A DNA stretch of 63,436 bases, the filler included, from Chiloscyllium plagiosum (taxonomy: Eukaryota), in assembly GCF_004010195.1 (NCBI RefSeq). It is 4 parts of one record of this genome, joined end to end, with 100 filler letters (N's around TTAATTAATTAA, not from the genome) between each part and the next. Parts side by side here need not be neighbours in the genome. Positions count along the whole stretch, not along the records: positions 17,958 to 44,755 come from NC_057710.1; 3 more parts are not named here. One strand, written 5' to 3'. Below the pieces are notes generated by a model that ran no database searches, was not told the origin of the DNA, and was given only the letters and a program-made list of their open reading frames with translations. Below, piece after piece: positions 27,401-38,756 of the stretch. Every line of letters begins with the position of its first letter. The first letter of the stretch is position 1. A program made the translations under genes and the position numbers.

Positions 27401-29417
27401 TGTGGCAATTGTAATGAGGTCATTCAGGTACATCGCATAGAATTACTGGGGATCTTAATCAGGTCCAATCAGAGGGAGTCCTGGCTGACAGGTAAGAACA
27501 GGAATGTCAGACATTCTGTTCACTCCAAGAGCTGCCTGAGTGTCAAGGACTCTTCATGTGTAGACAAACAGTGACTTGGTGACAGGATAACAGCCTCTGT
27601 GGAGTTGTTTCTGTGGTGACAAGAGAAAAGCACACTCCTGTAGAAATGTACTCACAACAGTCATCTTTGAGTTGGTGTAAGCATTTCTGGCATTACATTA
27701 TTATTTGGGAAGCTTGGCTTGTTCAATCCTGCTATCAAAGAATGGGCCCAGTATGTGGAAAGAATGCATTACTCCAGTTTGCCATCTATCTTGATGATGT
27801 TAACAATAGGGAAGATCAATAATGAGCGCTTAAAGAACTTGAACATAGTCCTGAGACATTTCTTGCAAGAAAGGGAAAAAGGTATGTTTCAGGCACCTCA
27901 AGTGACTTACTTGGGGTACAGAATCGACAAGATCGGGTCACATTGTTGGAAGAGAGAGTACAATCAAAGGTGCACTGGCTCTCTCTGGAGCTTAGGTCTT
28001 TCCTTGGACTGGTGAATTATTATAGAACGTTCATCGAAACCTAGCCCCCATCTTGGCATCTTTGCAGTTCGGACTCCTGGAAATGTTGCTCACAGCTAAC
28101 AGACCTTTGTTTAGCAGCAGGGAATTTGAGTGCTTTCTAAAGTCAAATGGTATTTGACATATAAGGACAGCTCCACACCGTCCATCATCCAATGGTTTGG
28201 CAGAAAGAGCAATCAAAACTTTGAAGGCAGGCTTAAAGAAACAGCTTATAGCTTCACTAGACACCAAACTGGACTGGCTTGTATTTGATTATAGATACCG
28301 CACCCCCCCCAAACAACTACGGGGATAGCTCCAGCAAAGTTACTAATTGGGAGAAGACTCCACAACAGGTTGAATCTGATCTTTCTGGACTGTGGGAGGC
28401 AGGGGTAAAACAGCATCAAGGGTACCAATGTCGGACATATGTGGGCGGCACGGTGGCACAGTGGTTAGCACTGCTGCCTCACAGCGCCAGAGACCAGGGT
28501 TCAATTCCCGCCTCAGGCGACTGACTGCGTGGAGTTTGCACGTTCTCCCCGTGTCTGCGTGGGTTTCCTCCGGGTGCTCCGGTTTCCTCCCACAGTCCAA
28601 AGATGTGCAGGTCAGGTGAATTGGCCATGCTAAATTGCCCGTAGTGTCAGATAATGGGTAAATATAGGGGTATGGGTGGGTTGCGCTTCGGCGGGGCGGT
28701 ATGGACTTGTTGGGCCGAAGGGCCTGTTTCCATACTGTAAGTAATCTAATCTAATCTAATCTAATCTAATTCCACTAAGCGAGAGAAACAGTTTACTTCA
28801 GGGACAAAGTTCGGTGTTGGAACCATTTTTGGAGGCATGGTTGAATCAAGGGGTCAGGTCCACTGATGTATTAAGTTCAGGTGCATGTGACAGTCCTGAA
28901 CAAGCATGTGGACCATATGAAAGCCGCAAATGCGCAAACTACATGGGAGCAAAATGAGCCCAGCATCTTGATAGCCTTTCCAACTGTTCCAGAAAATCCT
29001 GTGGGATCTCCCACTCCATCAAGCATTCAAGATACTTCGGACTCTGAGATGGAAACGAAGGATCTCACCACCTTGACTGCATCACATACCACTTGTATCA
29101 GAGGCAGGGTTAGTGGAACCTGACTCGGTGGTAAACCACCTCAGAAGGAACTACAAAAAAAAAGCCTATGCCCTTGGACTCAGAGGGAGAGGGATGTAGT
29201 GATTATAATGAGTCAGCCAGGTGGACATCATAGAATATGAGTTCCCTGGTTGGGGCTGTTAATCTAGTCCAGTTACAGGCTGATAGATAAGACCAGAAGT
29301 GTCAGAGGTTCTATTCACTCAGAGAGCTGGCTGTGAAGAAGCTGGATAACTTTCAAGGACCCTTCACATGAAAATAAAGAGTGATTTGGTGACAGGATGC
29401 CGGCCTCTGTTATTTCA
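27401..29417 (+). mobile_element. Internally deleted Gypsy LTR retrotransposon
   Basis: Similar LTRs 27401-27612 and 29195-29417 (TG...CA); PBS-like tggtgacaag; PPT agagggagaggga; near-TSD aattc/aactc; gag FNPAIKEWAQYVERM, RT AIYLDDV and QVTYLGYRID, integrase PSSNGLAERAIKTLK. Confidence 0.85.
28443..28770 (+). mobile_element. Young full-length HE1 SINE nested in the Gypsy element
   Basis: A box tggcacagtgg, B box gggttcaattcc, V-SINE core, (TAATC)n tail. Confidence 0.93.
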
Positions 29418-29507
29418 AACTCAAGACACATACATATGAAAAAGTATCTACCATCTTTGGTGACTCACAAAACATGCAAATATCAAGCTGACTCTTCAGA
29501 CTAAGTT

Positions 29508-29635
29508 AAAAGCAAAATACTGCAGATGCTGGAAATTCGAAACAACAGAATAGATAGATAAATTCAGCAGGTTTGACAGCATCTGGAGAGAGAGAAACAG
29601 AGTTTAGCGTCCAGCATGACATTTCTTCAGAACCC
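29508..29635 (-). mobile_element. Short Penelope pLTR-derived repeat
   Basis: aaagcaaaatactgcagatgctggaaa...cagcaggtttgacagcatctggagagagagaaacagagtt; relatives at 49730-49855 and 51250-51410. Confidence 0.55.
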
Positions 29636-29639
29636 TTAA

Positions 29640-30090
29640 CCCTTAATGTTGTTTTCCAAGGTCTGTGTTTTTAGCACTTTGTTATACAACTGTGAAACAC
29701 AAATGAATTATAGCTTTCAAGAATGGAAGCTCAACATCTTTCATATTCATTATCTGTGGCACATTCTGGGCAGCTCATGGAAGGAGAAAATCACAAAGGC
29801 CATGTATCTTAGCCAAGGTTACTTCGTTAGCTTGAGCATGTTCACAGGATAGTGGATGGATGCATTGCGAAGAATTCTCTTCATAGCTATGCAGCCAGAG
29901 CTAGAACACCAATAGGACAACGAAGTCCTTTAAAAGAATACTTGCGAGCATTGTACAAAAGCTCCAAATCATTGATTTTTACATTTGGGAGGTAACAGCT
30001 GATGACAAAGGAAAATGGTGACATCACTTATTTGCTGGTTTGTGTCAACATGATTTTTTAGTAGCTACAGTGGTTTTAAAGCAAGGACCA
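29640..30090 (+). mobile_element. RTE LINE C-terminal fragment
   Basis: VCVFSTLLYNCET...KLNIFHIHYLWHILGSSWKEKIT resembles RTE VLSTLLYGCETW...RILGISWxDKIT. Confidence 0.7.
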
Positions 30091-30719
30091 GCATCAAATA
30101 CAATAACCCACAACACTCAACACTCAATAACCACCTCAAACACAGTGCTTTTGGCAAAGGTTTCTCATTTCATCAATCATTAATAATAATTGGACCATAT
30201 CCCATCACCAATGGATTTATGTTTTGCAGTTCCATCATTTTACATACATGGAGGATTGCTATCAATAATGATAATTATTCATTATATACTCCACTGAACT
30301 TACTCTTCCATCAATCTGTCAGTATTCTGCCCATATCTAAAATAAATGTCTCAACATAAATGCATTTCATGGTAATCTGAATATATTCATGAAGTAGGAA
30401 GAAAGATAAACATATGCCGATAGGTTTCAATGAAATGAATTGGGGTGGGAATGCAGAAGTATTCTTTTTCTTGAACAAGCATTCCACAAATGGTACAATA
30501 CTCACACCTTGCCGATAAAGAGAAAGCTTCATGATTTCGACCCAGCAACAATGAAGCAACATCCAAACCAGGAGGTTTATGATTGCTAGGTAACTTGGAG
30601 CTGATCGCATCACATGCAATTGTTCACCAACATACGTCACAGGTTTGGGAGGCACTGTTGAAGTAATTTTGTCAAGCTGATGTATACCCTTTACACACTC
30701 TAAAATGTAACCACAAATG

Positions 30720-33065
30720 CACCAAGGGATCTGCTCTGCCTTGAACTGTTCATTGATGTATCTGGTGTACCTCACTGGGTGGAGGTCCTGTGCAGCAGAA
30801 AAGTCTTGCTTGAACTCGTGCATGAAAATATTGGTGTATTGGGGTGCAAACTTGGTCCCCATGGCTGTTCCACATATCTGGATGAAGAGCTGGTTATCAA
30901 AGGTGAAGACGTTGTGGTTGAGGATGAAGTCGAGTTGGAGATGTTGATTAGAAATTGGCCGTTGTCGCTGTTGAGTGCTGAGGCCGTTGCGACTTTGCCG
31001 TCATTGTGGGGGCTGCTGCTGCAGTATGCCAAAATGCCTTCAATACAAGAAGTATGCGGGATGAGAGTACATAGGATACTCTGAAGGTCTGGATGCCATC
31101 CTTCTTTGCTGTGTAGGACCTCCAACCAAAACTATACACCAGATAAATCAATATTTTCTTCCTTTAAACTCATGGCAAGGAATCACTGAAACAACTACAT
31201 GATGTTATCAACAAGTTTCATCCCACCAGATTTACCGTGGACTACTCTTCAGAATCAGTCTCAGTCTTGGACTCATGCATCTCCATCAAGGACAGGCACC
31301 TCAGTACTTCAGTCTACCCAAGCCCATGGATAACTCATGATGCTGCACTTCTCTAGCTTCCACCCGAACCATGTTAAAGAAGCAATCCCCTATGGACAAG
31401 CCTTGAACAGACATAGGATCTGCTCAGATGAGGAGGAATGCAACAGACACCTTACAGAGGCTGAAACACACGCTCATAAGAACAGGATGCAATACTCAAC
31501 TCATTGAGCCCTCTTGAACTATCCCACCAGTGCATCTTCCTTCCCACCTATCCACTCTGCCCTCCGCTCTAACCTATTGCCATTATCCCCAGCTGCATCT
31601 ACCTATCGCCTTCCCAGCTAACTTCCCCCAAGTCCCAAACCCACTGCTATTTATCTCACAGCCCGCTTCCCTCCCCCACATTCCTGATAAAGGCTTATGC
31701 CCGAAACGTTGATTCTCCTGCTCTTTGGATGTTGCCTGGCCTGCTGTGCTTTTCCAGCGCTACACATTTCGACTCTGATCTCCAACATCTGCAGTCCTCA
31801 CTTTCTTCAACTCAATGATCACCAATTCCAATGTGCCACAGCGCAAAACTGTAATAACCTCCTCAGAAGATGACAGATAGAGTATTCTTTGTTATCCAAT
31901 ACTTCCCCGGAGTGGAGAAATTACACCATGTTCTTAGCACCTTCAACACATCAACGATGATGATGAACATCTCGCCAGAGCCATCCCAATGTCTCCATTT
32001 CTTGCCTTTAAACTACCGCCAAACTCAAATGGACCATCGTTCGCAGCAAACTACCCAGCTTTCAGGAGAACAGTGACCACAACACCACATGGCAACCGCT
32101 GCAAGACATGTCAGATCGTCAACCTGGATACTAGCATCACATGTGGGAACACCACCAACCACGTACACGGTAGGTATTGATGTGACTTGGCCAATGTTGT
32201 CTATCTCATACGTTTCAGGAAAGGATGCCCCAAGGCATGGTATAATAGTGAGAACATGCAGACACTACAACAATGGGTGGATGGACACCGTGCTACAATT
32301 GCCATGATGATCCCTCTCATTCGGGGAACACTTCAGCAGTCATTCAGCCTCCAATCTTCGAGGAAGCATCCAGTTGACCTTCGAGATAAACACAACACAG
32401 AATTGCCCAGCAGAAACTGATAGCTAAATCCCATACCCATGAAGATGGCCTCAACTGTGATCTCAGATCTCAGAAACTTGTCACTCTACATGTGACCCCA
32501 CCACATGTATCTGTTCTGTATCTGCAAAATCTTCCTTACTGTTCTGTTTGGACACCATCACCTTGATAATTTGTTATGATCTCTCTACCTTAATCAGTTT
32601 GTATGTATTGGATTACTTATTATTTTGGTTTGACCCTCATTGTACAACACTTATACCTATCATGCTATGAGCCTTTTGGTTTTCTCTAGCACCATTTTTT
32701 TTTTAAATTTATTTTTTATAATTATCACTCTACCTTAATTAATCAGATCATCAGTCTTCCCTTCACTTGCCATTCTGCTCTTGACACTTTACTCACAACT
32801 TTTGATACTGTTGATCACCTGCAAAGATTTGTTATTCAGCCTGTCAATACTCCACTCACATAATTTGTATTATCTTTTGACACTCTTAGTTACCTAGAAT
32901 TATCTCTCCGCCTATAAATTCAGTGCCTGTGTGCTTCCCTCCACTTTACCTGAAGGAGCAGTGCTCCGAAAGCTTGTGATTTCAAATACACTTGTTGGAC
33001 AATAACCTGGTATTGTGTGACTTCCGACTTTATCCAACCCAGTCCAACATTGGCATCTCCACACA
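30720..33065 (+). mobile_element. Penelope-like element with inverted 5' RT segment (30720-31085, -) and a nested pLTR (31505-31808)
   Basis: Minus: NVFTFDNQLFIQICGTAMGTKFAPQYTNIFM. Plus: LHDVINKFHP, AIPYGQAL, CKTCQIV, ANVVYLIRFRKGCPKAWY; pLTR end 32940-33065. Confidence 0.85.
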
Positions 33066-33099
33066 AAGGATACCACTCTGAGGAACACCTGAAGTGATG

Positions 33100-33428
33100 T
33101 ATGGCTCTAAAGACTCAGTGGTTGGCACTGCTGCCTCACAACTTCAGGGACCTGGGTTTGATTCCAGCCTCAGGTGACTGTGTGGAGTTTGTACATTCTC
33201 CCTGTGTCTGCATGGGTTTCTGCCAGGTGCTCCAGTTTAAAGGTGTGCAAGTTAAGTGGATTGGCCATTCTAAATTACCCATAGTGTTTAGGGATGTGTA
33301 GGTTAGGTGCCTTAGCCATGGAAAATGCAGGTATACAGAGATAGGGTAGAGGAATGGATCTGGGTGGGTTGCTGTTTGGAGGGTTGGTGTGGACTTTTTT
33401 GGCCAAATGGCCTGTTTCCACACTGTGC
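33100..33428 (+). mobile_element. HE1-related SINE (older)
   Basis: ctcagtggttggcactgctgcctcacaacttcagggacctgggtttgattcc...ggcctgtttccacactg. Confidence 0.85.
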
Positions 33429-33714
33429 GGAACCAATCAATATTTTAAAAAAAGCATTTGTCTTCAACATCCAGAACAATCTTCCTTTGTGTTCAGTGTG
33501 ATTTCAGGCATTGGAAACTTGCCCTGATTCCCACTGACTCCACATTTTCTAGGCCGCTTTGATCCTTCATTCAGTCAAATGCACTCTTGATGTCTATGTT
33601 GATCACATTTCCCTCACATCAGGAATTCAGCTTATTGGCCTCTGTTGGACGAAGTCTTTAAAAAGATCTGGAGTTAAGTGATCTCAACAGAATACAAGCT
33701 AAGGATTAGTCAGA

Positions 33715-34290
33715 ACTTCCGGCAAGATGGCGGCAAACTAAGACACTCCTGCCAGAGCTCCTCTACTCCACCTGCTCTTTTTCCTTCTCTTTTATTTTAA
33801 ATCTCTTTTTTCTCTCCTCTTAGCCCCAGAGGCGAATCCTGGAGCAGCGGCAGAGCCAGGCAACAAGATTTAGAGTGAGTCCCGGACGGAGACCAGCAAG
33901 GGAGAGGCAGTCCTGGAACTTACCTTGGAGCAGCTAAGTACCTGTACGGAGTGATCTGGAGGCTTGGAGCAGAGTGAGGACGGTTGTTAGACTGGAGTCT
34001 GGCATGGACAGACAGACCACGTGCGGAGTCCCTGCACTGAGCTGTTGCAATGTAATGTTTATTTGTAATATTTTACCTGACTGTAATGTCAATCCTTTCA
34101 CAATGTCGTTTTTCTAACTTTTTTTCAAAAACACTAAGATAATGAAACAACTTTTTATTCCTCTTTTGTATCCATGCTTTGTACCTAGGTTCTTGTACCT
34201 ATGATGGTGCCATAAGAGACAGACATTGTAAAAGCTTTTCACTGCACTTCTACAATGGAGTACATGTGACAATAAAGGATATTCTATTCT
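33715..34290 (+). mobile_element. Short non-autonomous LINE derivative (AAGATGGCG 5' end, Rex/Babar-like 3' tail)
   Basis: Starts acttccggcaagatggcggc; ends gcttttcactgc...gtacatgtgacaataaaggatattctattct; interrupts an older CR1-like relic. Confidence 0.55.
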
Positions 34291-37200
34291 CTGAATAAGT
34301 GCATGCTGTCAACTCCTTAGAACACTGACGATGATTCAGAGTAGCCTGAGATAGCTGCACTTGGTGAGGCTGGATACATCCTATTTCTTGGGGACCAAAT
34401 TACCTAGATATTTTTGGACAGAACAAAATTGTACTGCTACTGCAACAGCTTGGATATGGCATGGCTGTTTTAACAGCACAAGTCTTCTCCACTACATTTA
34501 GGATCTTCTCAGATTCTTGTAGCCTTTGCTGTCTCCAGTGCACTCAGCTCCTTCTTGTTATCACTTAGAGTGAATCAAATTGACTGAAGACTGGCATCTA
34601 TGATGCTGGAAAACTCCAGTGATGATTAAAATAGATCATCCACTCTGGATTGCTGGCTGGAAATAATTGTGAGCTCTTCAACTGTGCCTTTTGCACTTTT
34701 TTGCATATGCAGCTCTGCCATTGTTACTGATGGGTATATTTCTTATTCCTCTCATTCCCCAACTATCCACAAAACTCTCAAACCAGATGTGGTAGAACTC
34801 CATTCTGATCCATTGACAAAAGAATACTTTTTAACATCTTGTATTGGTGTCTCACCAGATTGTCATTTCATCTTCAGGTATTCATGATCGTCATCAGGTT
34901 TGATACTGATCAAAGAAGGAGCAATACACAAGTCCATGAGGTTTGCTGTGGTATTCCTTTCTGTTAATGACAGGCCACAGAATCTCATGGGTTCCCACTT
35001 TAGAATTCATCTAAGGGATGGCAGTAGATGATGAGCTTTGTCCTGAAACCATGAATGTTCATGGATCATGATGTCACAAGTGGGGCTTCCAAAGGCCATT
35101 TAAGTTTCAGCTGTGATGTATCAGAGCGGTTATAAAAATCTTATTTGATGCCTACTCTGTTTCATAGAATATAACTTTTTACCAAATGTCGCTAGCAATT
35201 TCAAAGTGCATTTATAATGATTCCCCAGAATGATACAGTTGTCATCCAAAAATCAGTAAGATAGTGGATTGCTATTATTTGATATCAACTGTTGCTCCTA
35301 TAAGATACAATAACTTTGCAAAAATCGTATCTTGGAAACAGGTCCAAAACAGTACCATTACTAAATAGAAGACAGCCCATGCTTGTATACAGGGCTCCAT
35401 GGGATAAATGTTCTCTTTGAAGGAACCTGCCAAATTCCTTTCTTTTGCTGATCCACATTTATAAAGCATTTGATGAGCAATAGCACAGAGCATTTTATCT
35501 CTTGTAAGACTCTAATACTCTCTGCTATCTGAAACTGAATGATGACTGCCAATTTAACTTGGCAAAAGCTTTTGGCTTTTAACTTTCATTCATAATTGTC
35601 CTGTCTCCTAGTCATATGAGCTGAGAAACAGCTATCAATCAAAGTCGCTAACTTAGGCTGTGATTTATGCTTTCCATTGTGGCCAAATGATTTGCAGATG
35701 CCACAGATATCTTAACATAAAAATATCAGACAACTGCCTCTTCTGAATATCTCTGTTACCAATGGCGAAAGATGAACATTGTCTGGCAAAAGTAACAAAG
35801 TTTAGGTTTCAATTGGATATATCTTGATTTGTTTCATCGTGTAATATTAAAGATTGTCAACCATCACTCTCATTTTAAATATCCAGTTTTTTAAAAATTT
35901 CCATTCAATAAACTAGGAATAAGAGAGATATAAAATTGGCAGTTAACTCAGTATTAGATATTTTTCAATATTTCACTAAGGCATGGACTACTCCAATGTA
36001 CTTGCCAAAGGATGGTAAAGTGAGTTAGCCCTAAGAAATTTTTTTAAAAATGACTATCCATAGAAATGTCTAATCCCTGTGGAGTCATTACCCAAATACA
36101 TGTCTGTTCTGAGCTGATAGTTATCTGGTGATAAAATGTTTTGTATCATCATGGTTGTTGACCCCTTACATACTGTTTATAAATGTACAAATTATGGAAT
36201 AAAAATGATAAATCTGTGTGTGTTACTCCCAGAAGGAAATGAAGATGTAGAATGGGAATCTTCAGTTGGGGAGCTGCCTGTGGAGTTGTAACATGTTCTG
36301 GCAATTCAACCAATTTATTTAAATGAAGGTAGGGGTGCAATTTCTATTTAACTTGCACAACATGTGATCAAGTTCACACATCAAAAGTTAGCAGAGGATA
36401 GCTTGTGAACAAAGAACTCATGCACTAGCAAGTGTCAGGAGTAGAAAGAACAAGAACAAGGAGAAAGTAAAATCCACAATACCATTCCTGGGTTACAATA
36501 TAAAACAAAGTATTACAATACATTTCCAAATTGATAAAGATCAGATGATCTTCATCCTTTTGTAACATTCGGCTCATTATGAACGTAACTTAGTGCAGTA
36601 TGTCCAGACATGTCACACATCAGAGCTTTTCAAAACCAAAAGAATTCATAGATCACTGATGTAGTAAATTAATGGCATTAATTACATGTATCTTTATTGT
36701 AAAGTGTTAGAACTGCTTTCTTAAAAGGTAGCACTGATATTCTTGTACAACAGGTTACTGGCAGGTTAAATGTAATAAAACATTATGTAGATATATTTTT
36801 AAAAGATGAAAACCACATTCAATTGAAATAGAGCACATTATTATTGCAGTGTGTGTAGAATGACTCATCTATGTGCCCAGACCACTAGGTTATAGAAGTT
36901 AGGTGATATGCCTTGTCATTTGGTCTTCCATTTAAGTATCATTAGCATGTTATTCAGATTCTATTTGTTGAAACTGGTGGTTGCCTGATGGGTCCTTAAT
37001 GCAGGAGTTATTCAAGCAACGAGTGTTTCTGACTGTGTCATACAAGATACAGAGGTTGATGATCATACAAGATCTGTGGCAGTCAGTGCTGCCACATTAA
37101 AGATTAGCTATCAAATTTCAAACAAATACATCCGTTAATTTGCAATTTAATCCATGAACCCATCATAACAATATTCTTTGGAACAAATTGTTTTTAGGGA

Positions 37201-38756
37201 AGGAGAATCTGGTCGATGCTGACATTTATTTAGTGCCTTGTTTTAAAAAAAATGAAACATTCAAAATGTGAAGGAAACTATTGTGCAAGGTTGTCTATAT
37301 GGTTTTGAGTCTCCAGAGACAGTAAAAAAAAAACTTCTGTTCTAACTACAAAGATGTCCTTCTTTTAAAGTCTCTAGCTTGAAGCTTTCTTGTTATAGAG
37401 TTTGGATCTCTTTCTCGTAACATAACACATATTAAGGAGCATTTTGATAGTTCCCTGCAAGAGAGTTAAAATGCAAATTTCAAAGTAATAAATTATTCTT
37501 TATTCTTTAAAACAAAATGCTTTCTGAGAAGATAACTTTACTTCCATTGTTGAGCAGCTTTTGATTAGTTTTCATTGTGTTGTATTAATACAACACAAAA
37601 TACAGAATTCAGAATATTTTCCACCAAATTCAGATGGAAGGGACGGCATTTGTAGATTCCAATAATTCCTGTGCAATTTTTTCTCCTCCTAAGATATCAT
37701 TGCTAATTGAATGTGGCAACTAATGCTGGGGCTCAATTCCACATGTGATGACAGATTTTGTTTTCTAGAATCACTAATCTGTACCTCAAGAAGGTAGGAG
37801 TCAATGTGTTGTTTCATTGCAGGAAGAACACAGCTAACTCCATATATAACCTTTGTTTAATATTCCCACATATAAAGATACAAGTAGGACACACAAGAAC
37901 ATTTTAGAAAGCTAGGAATGATGAATGGCTTTTCAAAGTAAATGAAAACTTCCATCAGAACTTCAGGAACTCTGATGTTTTACTTTGCTTCACATATTAT
38001 TCTGACTAGCAGTGTATTGGGATCCCGTTTGATCTGTCAACTTTCTAATCCTTTGCACCAATAAACTTCAAGAGTCAAAGAAAGAAAAGTTCGAGAGATG
38101 TGCATATATCAAATCTACTATTGGGACAAATTAAGTTCTAACAAGTGTATAGAAGCTGCTGAGACAGGTATTGCTAACATCAGGAGCACATGAATTTCCT
38201 TTAGCAGGGGAAAGTAGTTGCTGTCAATTATTTTCAATTTGTTCAGATTTTTGTGATGTCATGTGGTGATGAAAAATGTATTTCAGAAATGTTCACTTCT
38301 GACAGACTGAGGTATGTAACATTGTAAATGCTAATGATTGACAACTGCTCTTTGACAAGCAGTGACATCCATGCTCCATTGGCAACTTAAGGCAACAGCC
38401 TTCTCTTTAGAGAGAAAAAAGTCATTCTCCACACTGTTTACATTGTTTGTCCCAATTTTTGTCACAGTTTTAATATTGGTTTTCTCTCTCTTTGAATCAT
38501 TCATCATTCTCAGCTGGAGACAGCAGATGGTTAACAAGCTACCAGACATTAACTCTCTTGTTTAGGTCTTCGTAAATACTAAACAGATTCACTAAAATAT
38601 AAACAGATTCGTTGTCATGAAACATTGACAGTTTCTTGCTGATTGATCTGCTGAACGTTTCCAGAATGTTATGCTTAAATTCCCATTTTCAACAGTTACT
38701 TTAGTTTTAGAAATTAATTATCCTTGTTAATTAGCCTCATTGAGCACCCACAACTA

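Noticed and set aside
28443..28520. tRNA gene
   Set aside because: It is the tRNA-derived head of an HE1 SINE and continues into the SINE body.
35275..35493. Minus-strand ORF as an upstream SORCS2 exon
   Set aside because: Only superficial similarity; no QDDYIF motif or proper boundaries.
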